Part shown: positions 27,557-37,672 of the stretch, piece after piece
Numbering within the stretch: position 1 is the first letter of the stretch
Layout of the letters: every line of letters begins with the position of its first letter
Assembly (NCBI GenBank): GCA_014075255.1
Contig: CP046178.1
Location: 705,616-769,615, forward strand
Source: Gammaproteobacteria bacterium
GTDB lineage: Bacteria > Pseudomonadota > Gammaproteobacteria > UBA4575
Direction of reading: 5' to 3'
Length of the DNA stretch: 64,000 bases
The notes under the pieces: generated by a model
Seen by the model: only the letters and a program-made list of their open reading frames with translations
Database searches by the model: none
Told to the model about the DNA's origin: nothing
Translations under genes and position numbers: made by a program

Positions 27557-29719
27557 TTAGTTAATTGTTACTGTGCTGCTTGCTAAGCCTGCTGCACATA
27601 CTGCTTGTAGAACTTGACGACCTGCATTGCCATTACATCCATTTGCACAGTTTTCAGCATCCATGATGCCTACTAGCGCTGCTATAGATGCAGTGCGATC
27701 AGGTTGATTTAGCAAGTTCACTCCAGCAGTTTTATCTATAACTGCTCCAGCAATTGCATCTTTTTCACCAGCTGCTATTGCACAGTTATTATCATTAAAG
27801 AAGTCTCTGCAACGACCATTGTTATTGGTGATCTCACCACAATAAGTTGTTGCTAAACGTTGAATCGCTATTTGTTGTGCACCACCAAAGCCAAGTGCAT
27901 CAGCAGTTGGAGGCAACTGATCTCGTAATGCGTCATAACGATCTCGTACGTCACGATCACGCTGACTGATTCCTGTGAGAGCAGCCATAGTGTCGTGCAC
28001 TTGTGAGAAAGTACGCACACCTACATCCGGCTCCGGCACATCAGCTGGCGGCACAGGTTCTGATGGTCCTGCAATAGATTCTGTAGTACCCGTTTGAGCA
28101 CCAAGCACTTCAAATTGAAGGCTCAATTGATCTAATGCTGCACCATTTACAGATGGAATTAATGCACCAAGAGGCGAAATCTCTTGACCAGATTGATTCA
28201 CCATCATGTTGACTCTGCGGAATGTTTGCATCGCTAAAGGAACATCGTTGTTCACTGCAATGCGCATGTTCTTCACTTGAACACCTGCTACATCCGTCAC
28301 CAACTTAGGACGTGCAAATACATATGAAAAAGGATCCATTTCGTACGCTTGCATTTCAACGTATCCAGGAGCTCCTAATACAGACGCTACATCAAAACGT
28401 AGAGATGTAATCGCACCTGCACCTGCTTCAAAGTTTTGTGCTACTTGTGCACCATTTAAAGCCGCATTGTGAATCGCTACCATTTTAAAGGTTCCGCGCC
28501 ACAAACGATCGTTTGTAACCTCATTACCTAACACAAACAAGTTATCGTCCTGCCAGTTCAACATATCACCCGCTATGGCTTCTTCGACAGCTAATTGACC
28601 ATTAACATACAACTTACGACCTCCAGCCATATTGTCATACGTCATTACTACATGTGTTAGCTCAGTAATTACCATGTCTTCAGTACGAAGCGCAGGATTA
28701 CTCCCATTCGCACCTGAGTTTATGGTTTGAACACGTGAATCATATTGTTCTACTTGTTGACCTAAAGTGAAATTACGTCGACCAGTACTAATAGAATATG
28801 AAACGATCCGTGCAGGTCCAGTTTGAGTTATATTTTCTGGGATAACCCATGCTTCAACACTAAACTGGTTTCCGCCAGATAATAAATTAAATAGCTTTTG
28901 ACTATCTGCTAAAGAAGCTTGAGCTTTTCCTGATACGTTGGTTAAACCGCCTTGTGGGTCCCATTCAGTTCCCTCAAGAGCTAAAGTCAAGTCAGCGCCT
29001 ACGTTACTGGTTCCGACTGTGGTATTACCAGTACCTTCAGCAAATGCAAATAGGGTAATCATGTTTGCATCTGCACGTGGAATACTGCCTTCTACAACTT
29101 GTGAGAAATTTGTAGTTGCACTAGCAACAATGTTGCCATTGTTGTTATTTCCACCCGCTGCATCAATTTCTGCTTTCATAGCGGTTATAGCTGCTAAATA
29201 CTCTCCAGCAATTCTTTCACAATTTGGAGCACAGTTATGATCGTTATTAGGCCTTACATAAAAACTAGATAGATTTGGCGTACTAGTATTGTACAGACCT
29301 TGACCACTTGCCAATGCATAGGAACCTGCAGCGTTATCGACAGCAAATTGTATGGGTGCGTTTTCATTTGCATTATTTGAATGACAAAACATGCATGAAT
29401 TTATAGGGCTTCTAATCACTGGAAATAAGTGAGTCGTAAATAAAGCTAAGTTATCTACATCATTACCAGCGTCATTATTGCCACCGTCACCATTATCAAT
29501 AGGCTCATCATCACCCATGTCGCCGTTACCGCTACCGCTACCGCTACCGCTACCGTTTGATGCAGTTGACGCAGGATCATCAGATCCACCGCCTCCACCG
29601 CCACCGCAAGCAGTTAATACAAACGCTAGCGCAATCATGCAAATCATCTGTAGCACATAACTACGTGATGTTTGTACACTTGTGCTGCTACGCTCAAATA
29701 AATAATTATTCTGACTCAT
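27557..29719 (-). CDS. Lipoprotein with c-type heme motif and LamG-like jellyroll domain
   Basis: Lipobox LTAC, Gly/Ser linker, CMFCH, FSVEAWV / THVVMTYD / LYVNG LamG strands; ATG at 29719 has a GGAG Shine-Dalgarno. Confidence 0.78.
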   Translation of the reverse strand: MSQNNYLFERSSTSVQTSRSYVLQMICMIALAFVLTACGGGGGGGSDDPASTASNGSGSGSGSGNGDMGDDEPIDNGDGGNNDAGNDVDNLALFTTHLFPVIRSPINSCMFCHSNNANENAPIQFAVDNAAGSYALASGQGLYNTSTPNLSSFYVRPNNDHNCAPNCERIAGEYLAAITAMKAEIDAAGGNNNNGNIVASATTNFSQVVEGSIPRADANMITLFAFAEGTGNTTVGTSNVGADLTLALEGTEWDPQGGLTNVSGKAQASLADSQKLFNLLSGGNQFSVEAWVIPENITQTGPARIVSYSISTGRRNFTLGQQVEQYDSRVQTINSGANGSNPALRTEDMVITELTHVVMTYDNMAGGRKLYVNGQLAVEEAIAGDMLNWQDDNLFVLGNEVTNDRLWRGTFKMVAIHNAALNGAQVAQNFEAGAGAITSLRFDVASVLGAPGYVEMQAYEMDPFSYVFARPKLVTDVAGVQVKNMRIAVNNDVPLAMQTFRRVNMMVNQSGQEISPLGALIPSVNGAALDQLSLQFEVLGAQTGTTESIAGPSEPVPPADVPEPDVGVRTFSQVHDTMAALTGISQRDRDVRDRYDALRDQLPPTADALGFGGAQQIAIQRLATTYCGEITNNNGRCRDFFNDNNCAIAAGEKDAIAGAVIDKTAGVNLLNQPDRTASIAALVGIMDAENCANGCNGNAGRQVLQAVCAAGLASSTVTIN
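29528..29551. repeat. (ACCGCT)4 in-frame microsatellite
   Basis: Encodes the SGSGSGSG linker of the LamG lipoprotein. Confidence 0.8.
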
Positions 29720-29763
29720 AACATTTCTCCTAATTGCCATACCTAATTCGTTGGGCAACATCG

Positions 29764-30951
29764 TTATTGGCCCATGCAATAAATAGCCGTCTCTGCAAAG
29801 ACTCGCTTCATACTGCGGTTATTCGCTTCAAAAATAGTTGCAATGTTTTCCACTGCTGTGTTATCTGCATCTCCGTTAGGACTGCGATGACACACTTTTT
29901 CAAATACTTTCTTAACTTGGCATTCGGAAAACTGTCGCGACTGTGAAAGCTCCATACCTAATTCTTTAGCGCCATTACCTAGTCCGCCATTAGCAGCATT
30001 CCAACCTACCCAGCTGTTCTTGCCAGAACGCCAGTAGTTAGCCCATGAATCATTTTGAGTATTAAATCCCGTTGGGAACACACCTGCATCGCGTACATAT
30101 TTTGGCTGTACTTCGCCTGCTGTATAAATAAGTCGCTCACCTTCATCTTCAACTTCAACATAGTCGTAGTAGGCGAATGCACCCGCAAGACCATCTAAAC
30201 CTGCGTGACAGGTAAGACAATCATTCATAAATATTTTGCTGTCGCCACCTGGTGAACGATCTACGTCTTGACGCACACGGTTTGGATAAGCTGCTTTATC
30301 ACGAAAAGCTTCCATATCCATACACATGAAATTTAACGTCGCAAAACGTACTGCTGCGCGGTTTGTGCCCGCTACTATAAAAGCCTCAGCATAACCACGT
30401 GTAGTCATGATGCCTGCAGTTTGAGCAGCACCGAGTTCACTATTAAGTGAAGACTGAGTTGAAAAAATTAAAACAGAGGGGTCACTAAAATTAACACGAT
30501 CGTTTTGAAGATCTACATAGTGATCATTATCATTGATTGAATAATCAGCATCAGCTGCTCCTGCTGGAGCGTGATAAACCCTATCTGCATATAGAATTTG
30601 ATCAAAGGGAACGTTATCACGAACAAAACCCATTACTGTCGCCGTAGAATCATTGAGATCTCGATAAACTGATTGATCTCGATTAGTCCAAGGTGTCGCC
30701 CAATCTTTAATTGTAGTGTTTATAAAAGACGGGTTAGCCATTGCAATATCTGCAGCTAGAAGCGGCTGTGCTGTAATCAGATTCGTCATCTGTGTAAGCA
30801 CTGCTTCTGTTGGCGGCACACCGGCTAAGCGGTCATGCATTCGTTTAGCTTGTTCGCGTGGTCCTGCAAGAGAAACTGAAGTACTTACAATTCCTAATGT
30901 AAAGATAAACGCACCACATACGTTAATAATTTTTTGTCTACTTAAATGCAT
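29764..30951 (-). CDS. Exported protein with c-type heme motif (DUF1585/1588-like)
   Basis: Signal peptide, REQAKRMHDRLAGVPP, CLTCH, C-terminal F..C.VKKVF..VC.R.P. Confidence 0.72.
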   Translation of the reverse strand: MHLSRQKIINVCGAFIFTLGIVSTSVSLAGPREQAKRMHDRLAGVPPTEAVLTQMTNLITAQPLLAADIAMANPSFINTTIKDWATPWTNRDQSVYRDLNDSTATVMGFVRDNVPFDQILYADRVYHAPAGAADADYSINDNDHYVDLQNDRVNFSDPSVLIFSTQSSLNSELGAAQTAGIMTTRGYAEAFIVAGTNRAAVRFATLNFMCMDMEAFRDKAAYPNRVRQDVDRSPGGDSKIFMNDCLTCHAGLDGLAGAFAYYDYVEVEDEGERLIYTAGEVQPKYVRDAGVFPTGFNTQNDSWANYWRSGKNSWVGWNAANGGLGNGAKELGMELSQSRQFSECQVKKVFEKVCHRSPNGDADNTAVENIATIFEANNRSMKRVFAETAIYCMGQ

Positions 30952-31497
30952 TTTCGCACCTCTCGTATTTAAAACATTCATATCGATTAACTTAAAATTC
31001 GCTCGCTTAAGCAATTAAGTAAACGAAAGCTTATCGACAGCCACTTCCCGGACTGTGTGGAATGAGAAAAAACGAAACGAAATGCGGTAGGTAACTATTA
31101 ACAAAAGCTCTTTTAACCACCACTGGTTAAAATAACTATTATTTAATCGTTACGGTCCAACCTGATGAACTGATTTTCACCATCCTAGCGAATATCATGC
31201 TCGGCAAGATGCCGTTTCATTGTTCCAAACTCCAGGTACGAATACTGAAGCTAAATAAAAGCAATAAAACAGCAAGTAAGATAAATGGATGGTTTTAACC
31301 TATGAACGGTTATTAAGAATTGGGAAGAAAAATAATCAACTTAAAATCAATACATTATGAATTCTCGAAATATTCAAATTACACAATATTATTAGAATAT
31401 AGCCAGCAATTAAGATAACCGACTGAAAGAAGGAAGTATAATTTTTAAGTTAAATAATACTCAAATCTACTTTGAATTTTCATTCTAGAAAAGAATT

Positions 31498-31528
31498 TGT
31501 AAGTGCATCACAGTTTGATGCACTTACA
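31498..31528. terminator. 13-bp hairpin after nfeD
   Basis: TGTAAGTGCATCA-CAGTT-TGATGCACTTACA. Confidence 0.65.
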
Positions 31529-31534
31529 GAATTA

Positions 31535-31981
31535 TTAGACATGCTCTACATTTAATACCGTACCATTAAGCGAGGTCACTTTTACTTTTTGTCCCACCTC
31601 ACAATCATTGCCGTACACTTTCCACATGGTGTCATCAACATTTATTTTCCCGTAGTTATCATTAATAGGTGTCTTTAATGTAAAAACACGGCCTATCAGC
31701 TCTTCGCCACGCTTATTTAATGTAGGGTGTGCGTCCACCTCAGGAACCTTTTTCCTATATAGGCGCCAGCCAAGTATAGAAAGTACAGACAAGATTCCAA
31801 ACAAAGTAATTTGCCATTGCCAGCTCAGGTCAGGCAGCATCCATACAAGAAGCCCTAATACAGCTGCAGATGCACTAAACCAAATAAAGACTGCACCTGG
31901 CGCAAATATTTCTATTGATAAACAAACAATAGCAATCACCCACCAGTGCCAGTATTGCAAATTTGTAATGAATTCACTCAT
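31535..31981 (-). CDS. NfeD family membrane protein (YbbJ-like)
   Basis: WHWW, EIFAPG, LNKRGEELIGR and OB-fold end; paired with the SPFH gene. Confidence 0.9.
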   Translation of the reverse strand: MSEFITNLQYWHWWVIAIVCLSIEIFAPGAVFIWFSASAAVLGLLVWMLPDLSWQWQITLFGILSVLSILGWRLYRKKVPEVDAHPTLNKRGEELIGRVFTLKTPINDNYGKINVDDTMWKVYGNDCEVGQKVKVTSLNGTVLNVEHV

Positions 31982-32016
31982 AACATCAGTTCCTTAATAA
32001 AATACTTTATAAACAT

Positions 32017-32931
32017 CTAGGCTTTATCGGACAAAGCAGATTTTGCAATTTCCGATATTCCAGCTATGGATCCCATCAAACTTGAAGCCTCTAATGGCAA
32101 CATGATGATCTTCTGATTATCCGCTGAACCAATTGTACTTAGCGCCTCTATGTACTTGGTTGCCACAAAGTAATTCACCGCTTGAATATCGCCACTCGCT
32201 ATAGCTTGAGAAACCATCGAAGTTGCATTCGCTTCAGCTTTGGCTAAGGCCTCTCGTGCTGCCGCATCACGTTTTGCAGCTTCAAGTCGGCCATCCGCAT
32301 CCAGTATTGCTGCTTGTTTTTCGCCCTCAGCTTTTAGAATTTCAGATTGCTTATAACCTTCGGAGGTCAAGATTTCTGCACGCTTGTCACGCTCTGCTTT
32401 CATTTGTCGTGCCATGGAATCCACCAAGTCTTGTGGAGGCGCAATATCTTTAATTTCGATACGAGTAACTTTAACGCCCCATGGTGAAGTCGCTTCATCT
32501 ACTACGTGTAATAGCTGAGCATTGATTTGATCACGATTTGATAAAGACTGATCTAAATCCATCGAACCTAATACAGTACGAATGTTCGTCATGGTTAGAT
32601 TTAACGTCGCTCGTTGTAAATTATTTACATTGTATGATGCCTTTACTGGGTCAAGCACTTGGTAAAATACAACGCCATCCACTCTCACCACGGCATTATC
32701 ACGCGTGATCACTTCTTGCGATGGCACATCAAGCACCCGCTCCTTCATATTCATCTTATTACTAATGATATCTACGTATGGAATGATGAAAGATAATCCA
32801 GGTTGCAAGGTTCTGCGAAATTTGCCAAACCGCTCAACTGTCCATTCAAAACCCTGTGGTACGCGCTTTACCGCCATAACGACGGTAAGAACCGCCAACA
32901 CTAAAAAAGCAATGGGTAAGATTTCTAACAT
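32017..32931 (-). CDS. qmcA: SPFH/Band 7 protein (QmcA/YbbK)
   Basis: [35 protein letters not shown]. Confidence 0.92.
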   Translation of the reverse strand: MLEILPIAFLVLAVLTVVMAVKRVPQGFEWTVERFGKFRRTLQPGLSFIIPYVDIISNKMNMKERVLDVPSQEVITRDNAVVRVDGVVFYQVLDPVKASYNVNNLQRATLNLTMTNIRTVLGSMDLDQSLSNRDQINAQLLHVVDEATSPWGVKVTRIEIKDIAPPQDLVDSMARQMKAERDKRAEILTSEGYKQSEILKAEGEKQAAILDADGRLEAAKRDAAAREALAKAEANATSMVSQAIASGDIQAVNYFVATKYIEALSTIGSADNQKIIMLPLEASSLMGSIAGISEIAKSALSDKA

Positions 32932-32977
32932 GTGTCCCTCCTAGTAAAAGACCAAATGTAATGATATCGTTTTGTAT

Positions 32978-33077
32978 GTAACGATATATTTACATATTTT
33001 TACATTTTAGTCAAGGTATCTAGAAGTTTTAATTTACTAATGGTAATATATATTTACGTCAGTAACTTATACATTAC
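32978..33077. promoter_or_regulatory. Three GTAA-N7/8-TTAC palindromes (candidate operators)
   Basis: At 32978-32993, 33043-33057 and 33062-33077, between divergent qmcA and the DUF6471 gene. Confidence 0.5.
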
Positions 33078-33079
33078 AT

Positions 33080-33367
33080 ATGCAAACAGCACAAAAGAGC
33101 CCACCCCATTATGTTCATGACCCAAAATGGGCTACCGGGGTTTCAAGACTTATAAAAGCCCATATGGCAGCGACAGGCATTACCTACGCTGATTTGAGCG
33201 CTAAGCTTAAAAATCTGGGTACTTCCCAATCTCCAGAAAATTTACGAGTAAAAATCAATCGCGGTAACTTTGGTGCTCAGCTATTTGTGCAACTATTAAT
33301 CGTGATGGGCAAAACGGAAATTAACCTCAAAGAGCTTGAATTGATTGTAGATAACGTTGATCTGTAA
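33080..33367 (+). CDS. DUF6471 family small (HTH-like) protein
   Basis: W....RLIKAHM...GITYADL...L...G.......LRVKINRGNF.A..F.Q.L. Confidence 0.78.
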   Translation: MQTAQKSPPHYVHDPKWATGVSRLIKAHMAATGITYADLSAKLKNLGTSQSPENLRVKINRGNFGAQLFVQLLIVMGKTEINLKELELIVDNVDL

Positions 33368-33538
33368 CTTCATTAGAAAAACGTCGTGAGCTAGTTCTCA
33401 CTAAATCACTAATACCTGAATCTAATGTGGTTAAACTCAACTACTTAACCTTTAGATCCTACCTTCTATCCTCTTCCTTGCTCCGCATAAGCAAGTAACA
33501 AGTAAAAATATCAGTCTACTTTTCCATGGCGGTCAAAG

Positions 33539-34177
33539 ATGATCAATAAAACCGTATTTGTTTCTAAGTTAATGCTTTCAATACTATGTCTTGCACCTTG
33601 GGTAGTTAATGCAGAAGAAGAAACTCCACATGAGATTATTGAGCATACTTCTACAGAGGTTTTAACTGCTCTAAAAAATGATGTGAGTGGAATAAAGAAT
33701 AATCCAAATAGAATAAACGAATTGGTTGATGAAATTATCCTTCCTATTTGTGATGTTGAAAGAATGGGAAAATATATACTAGCCAAGCATTGGAAAACCG
33801 CTAGCGAAGATCAACGTAGTGCATTTGTGAGTGAATTTAAACAAATGCTAATTCGCAACTACGGCAAACACTTAGCTGCATATTCGAATGCAACGGTAAC
33901 GGTAATCCCACTTAAAATAACAGAAGAAAAACTTTATCAAACTGTTAGCACTGAACTCGATACTCGTATCGGATCTAAGCCATTTCAAGTTGATTATGTA
34001 TTTAGAGTGACTGATAGCTCCACTAAAGTGGTCGACGTGCGCATAGAAGGAATGAGTATACTTAAGACTTTTCGCACTGCATTTACACAAGAAATAGCCG
34101 AAACCTCACTGGAATCGTTAATAGAAAGGATTACATTAGTAAACCAGCCTTCACTTGCAATGAACACTGTACATTAA
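33539..34177 (+). CDS. mlaC: MlaC/Ttg2D phospholipid-binding periplasmic protein
   Basis: M.KYIL.KHW..AS..QR..F..EFK..L...Y; VVDVRIEGMS. Confidence 0.85.
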   Translation: MINKTVFVSKLMLSILCLAPWVVNAEEETPHEIIEHTSTEVLTALKNDVSGIKNNPNRINELVDEIILPICDVERMGKYILAKHWKTASEDQRSAFVSEFKQMLIRNYGKHLAAYSNATVTVIPLKITEEKLYQTVSTELDTRIGSKPFQVDYVFRVTDSSTKVVDVRIEGMSILKTFRTAFTQEIAETSLESLIERITLVNQPSLAMNTVH

Positions 34178-34192
34178 GTCAATCACCCTATT

Positions 34193-34666
34193 TTAGAATT
34201 TTTGACCCGCTATTACCGCTTTACTCTCTAGATCTTCTATCCACCAATGTGAAAATGGAACACAACGAACAAGATAGGTTCGTTGTATTTGTGCTTCAAA
34301 TTCTAGTGTTTTAGCTTTCCCGCTAAACTCTTCAGAGTTGAATTCTCCTTGAGCTTCATCACAAAAAACTTTAATTTGATGCTTACCAACAGCCACTTCG
34401 ACTAGATTGTTGCTAGGTTTTACCACTTTTTTACCATCAATCTCAGCAATTAATGCACTGCGCACATAATCGCCACTCACAAAGACTCCATCACGCACAT
34501 AGGCAATTGGGGTTGCAGGTGTTTGCTCAATTGAATGCCAACTAAGCGCACCGCAAGAATACAAAGGGACAACCAAAGCCAAACATTCTAGGCAAAGCAT
34601 ACTTTTACATAGATAGACACCGAAAATCTTACGCCAATAGGTAATAAAAGATGGTATCAGTGGCAT
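34193..34666 (-). CDS. Hypothetical (lipo)protein, start uncertain
   Basis: Internal LYSC lipobox-like segment; beta-rich C-terminus. Confidence 0.5.
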   Translation of the reverse strand: MPLIPSFITYWRKIFGVYLCKSMLCLECLALVVPLYSCGALSWHSIEQTPATPIAYVRDGVFVSGDYVRSALIAEIDGKKVVKPSNNLVEVAVGKHQIKVFCDEAQGEFNSEEFSGKAKTLEFEAQIQRTYLVRCVPFSHWWIEDLESKAVIAGQKF

Positions 34667-34736
34667 ATAACGTATTCTTTATATTGCATAAGATGTTTTT
34701 CTAAACTTATATCTGTTAAAAATTTCAGGAATTATT

Positions 34737-34991
34737 ATGTCTTCTGCATTAGCAGTTTCAGATTCTAAGCATCTCATTCAAGAATTAGAACCCATACTGG
34801 TTTCTCTTTATCAAAGTGAAAATGGCAAATCTCCTACACTTTATGAACTAAAGCAGTACTTAGTAAGCTACGCATCAGAGAAAATTGTGGATTCATTAAT
34901 AAACTCTGATTCCACTATGTTCAAATCTATGTCTTCAAATGAAGCTTTGGCTGCAATTAATCTCTACATTAGAAAGCTACGTGTTTGGTAA
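34737..34991 (+). CDS. Hypothetical protein
   Basis: ORF with AGGA Shine-Dalgarno; no recognised motif. Confidence 0.55.
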   Translation: MSSALAVSDSKHLIQELEPILVSLYQSENGKSPTLYELKQYLVSYASEKIVDSLINSDSTMFKSMSSNEALAAINLYIRKLRVW

Positions 34992-35051
34992 CAGATTGTT
35001 TCGCTTTTAGTCTTCCATCTAAATTGAGAGCAGGTAAAATCAGCCGCTCTC

Positions 35052-35465
35052 ATGATAATCGAGTTACTACATAATTATAAGAATGAATTTTTTATCCTAG
35101 CTTGGATTTCTCTTGCCTTGTTTATAGTTAGTATAGCGATAATTCCTTGGATCGTTATTAAAATTCCCGAAGATTATTTCCACGAGCGATATCGTGTGCG
35201 GGTTAGCAAAAATAGTGGCCATCCACTCATTGCACAGTTATTTACTGGTCTGAAAAATATAGCCGGATTTATATTTGTTGTACTAGGAGTCTTAATGCTG
35301 ATCCTACCTGGTCAAGGAATACTCACAATTCTCATGGGTTTATTTTTGATGAATTTCCCTGGCAAATATCGACTTGAGCGAAAAATCGTATCTCTCCCAC
35401 GCATATTGAAGTCATTAAATTGGATTAGAGCTAAAGCCAATAAAGCTCCGCTGATGATAGAATAA
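35052..35465 (+). CDS. PGPGW-like membrane protein
   Basis: IPEDYF, KN..G......G..ML.LPGQGILT, FPGK. Confidence 0.75.
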   Translation: MIIELLHNYKNEFFILAWISLALFIVSIAIIPWIVIKIPEDYFHERYRVRVSKNSGHPLIAQLFTGLKNIAGFIFVVLGVLMLILPGQGILTILMGLFLMNFPGKYRLERKIVSLPRILKSLNWIRAKANKAPLMIE

Positions 35466-35503
35466 TGGGCAAGCTAATCGCTATTTGATAGAGGTAGAGG
35501 TAA

Positions 35504-35932
35504 ATGCAAAATACTAACCCTGACTCAAACCCTAAAGCTACAACGTGGTTTAGTGGGCTAATATTTATTCTCGGCATCATTTGTACAGGTATTGCAGCAG
35601 TAGGCATATTTTGGTTAAGCAAAATTATACCTGGGATTTATCAAACTCTGGCCGGAACTGACTTCTCTTTCATGTCAAATTCAGTTGTGTTTCATTTACT
35701 TTGGGTTGTGTTCTTTTTAAGTCTACTCATGACAGGAGTCAAATTACTAATTTCTGCATTAAATAAACGCACCACGGACCTTGTGCCTGGGGTTTCTCTA
35801 TATTTTCTAGGCGCTTCGCTGCTAATTATAGGTTTGTTTTATTTGCTGTTTGGTCAGTTGATTTATGCGCTAATTTCCATCATTGCGGGAACATTTTTTA
35901 TCTATGTAGAGGGTACAACTGAGTTAGCCTAG
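35504..35932 (+). CDS. Hypothetical 4-TM membrane protein
   Basis: Four hydrophobic segments; GAGG Shine-Dalgarno. Confidence 0.65.
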   Translation: MQNTNPDSNPKATTWFSGLIFILGIICTGIAAVGIFWLSKIIPGIYQTLAGTDFSFMSNSVVFHLLWVVFFLSLLMTGVKLLISALNKRTTDLVPGVSLYFLGASLLIIGLFYLLFGQLIYALISIIAGTFFIYVEGTTELA

Positions 35933-36172
35933 CTTACCCAAGCAAGCTTATTTATTAGATTACTTAACCTTTCAATTCAGATTATCTGCCTGCCTTGAGT
36001 ATGAATTAGTCATATAATTCCTGCTCTTTCATCCATTTCGTCCCCAAAATCCGCATCCTTTATCGGTAAGAACACCACTATGAATGGGATTTATGTCCCA
36101 ATACAACACAGAAAATTCTCTAAAAATTATAGTTTTACCTACTCTTATGCGATTAACCCTAGTTAGGATCAT

Positions 36173-36778
36173 ATGGAAATGAAATACTCTTCTTTAATTA
36201 AATTCTCAATTCTCACAGCACTTCTTAACTTAGGTTTAGCAAGTAACGTGATTGCAGATGACGCAACTAATGAAATAAAAATTGCTAAATCCGAAGAAGT
36301 CTACTCCGTGCCGGATGATTACGGCAAAAGTAAGCAAGGTAAATTTTATTCAGAAAACAGCGAATCAATTCTCGAAGATGGACGATTATTTCTACAAGTA
36401 AATATTGCTTCATATCATCCAAGCGAAGATAAAGACGATGATTTCAATGAATTTAACCCTGGTGCAGGTTTTGAATACCATATGGACGGTTACTACTACG
36501 CTGCGGGATTCTTTGAAAATAGTATTGATAAATTCAGTACCTATTGGGGTGTGGGCCACGAACGAACAATCGGTACAGATTGGTTTGGTCTCGGCATTTT
36601 AGGTGGCGTAGTTACAGGATATGATGGCGGTTTTTCACCGCGGTTAGCCGCTGTACCTTATATTTTATTAAAAAATGGGCGCTCTTCACTAAAAATACAT
36701 TATGTTCCAGCTGTTGGTGATGTAGATTCAGATGCCATTGGTTTTTCCGCTCGCTTTGATATGGGCGGTTTTTTCTAG
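36173..36778 (+). CDS. Small outer-membrane beta-barrel protein (PagP-like fold, tentative)
   Basis: Signal peptide, NEFNPGAGFEY, GFFENS, GGVVTGY, terminal Phe. Confidence 0.6.
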   Translation: MEMKYSSLIKFSILTALLNLGLASNVIADDATNEIKIAKSEEVYSVPDDYGKSKQGKFYSENSESILEDGRLFLQVNIASYHPSEDKDDDFNEFNPGAGFEYHMDGYYYAAGFFENSIDKFSTYWGVGHERTIGTDWFGLGILGGVVTGYDGGFSPRLAAVPYILLKNGRSSLKIHYVPAVGDVDSDAIGFSARFDMGGFF

Positions 36779-36896
36779 CTATCGTTTTAGACTCAGTCCA
36801 GAGTCATGTTTGTAAGAAGACTAGGCTAATACCACTCTTTAAACTGTCCCACGCTCTAGTTATACTTGCCTCAAGTAATGGAGAGACCGTTATTCC

Positions 36897-37313
36897 ATGA
36901 GCTTCAGTGATTTAATTCTTGCGATTCTAATTCTTACAGGCGCTGCCTGCATAGTTTGGATTTTAGATATCAATCCTTACGATAAGAAACTACATGTATA
37001 TACTCAAACTTGTGACAATATGATTTTGGAAAATACCTATTGCAAAGGAAATTGGCAAGATAACCCTATAGAAATATTCGTTATCAATCAGGATACTAAG
37101 CAGATTATATCTAAGTTGGAAAATCAGCATGATTCAAGTATTTATGAAAGTTGCACAATACGAGATCGAAAAAACTGGCTATGTAGCGTAGGGCTAACCC
37201 AGCAAAATATTACAGTAAAAGATGGGCAGATCACTTACAGTGAAAACAGCGATACCCGTCAAATCACACGCCTAGAATGGTTGCAAAATAAATTTCTAAA
37301 AATAATGGATTAA
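36897..37313 (+). CDS. Hypothetical membrane-anchored protein
   Basis: N-terminal TM; CTIRDRKNWLC. Confidence 0.6.
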   Translation: MSFSDLILAILILTGAACIVWILDINPYDKKLHVYTQTCDNMILENTYCKGNWQDNPIEIFVINQDTKQIISKLENQHDSSIYESCTIRDRKNWLCSVGLTQQNITVKDGQITYSENSDTRQITRLEWLQNKFLKIMD

Positions 37314-37330
37314 ATTAATCGTTAATCATT

Positions 37331-37672
37331 ATGAGTGAAACAATTTTTAATAAGATAATCAGCAAAGAAATTCCTGCTGAAATTGTTTATGAAGACGAAC
37401 AGTGTTTAGCGTTTAAAGATGTAAACCCGCAAGCGCCTATTCATTTACTCATCATCCCTAAAATATCTATTGAAAAAATTGCTGATGCAGAAATAAGCGA
37501 TCAAAAACTACTAGGCCATTTATTATTAAAAGCAGGTGAAATAGCAGAAGAACTAGGAGTTAAAGATGCTTTTCGCTTAATAATTAACAACGGAGAAGAT
37601 GCAGGACAAACCGTATTTCATCTACACATCCATTTACTGGCGGGAAGACCTTTTAGCTGGCCACCTGGTTAA
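37331..37672 (+). CDS. hinT: Histidine triad nucleotide-binding protein
   Basis: GQTVFHLHIHLLAGR HIT motif. Confidence 0.93.
   Translation: MSETIFNKIISKEIPAEIVYEDEQCLAFKDVNPQAPIHLLIIPKISIEKIADAEISDQKLLGHLLLKAGEIAEELGVKDAFRLIINNGEDAGQTVFHLHIHLLAGRPFSWPPG

Noticed and set aside
30952-31497. Possible c-di-GMP riboswitch upstream of the three-gene operon
   Set aside because: No GGCAAA/GAAA/GACGCAAAG pattern found on the minus strand.
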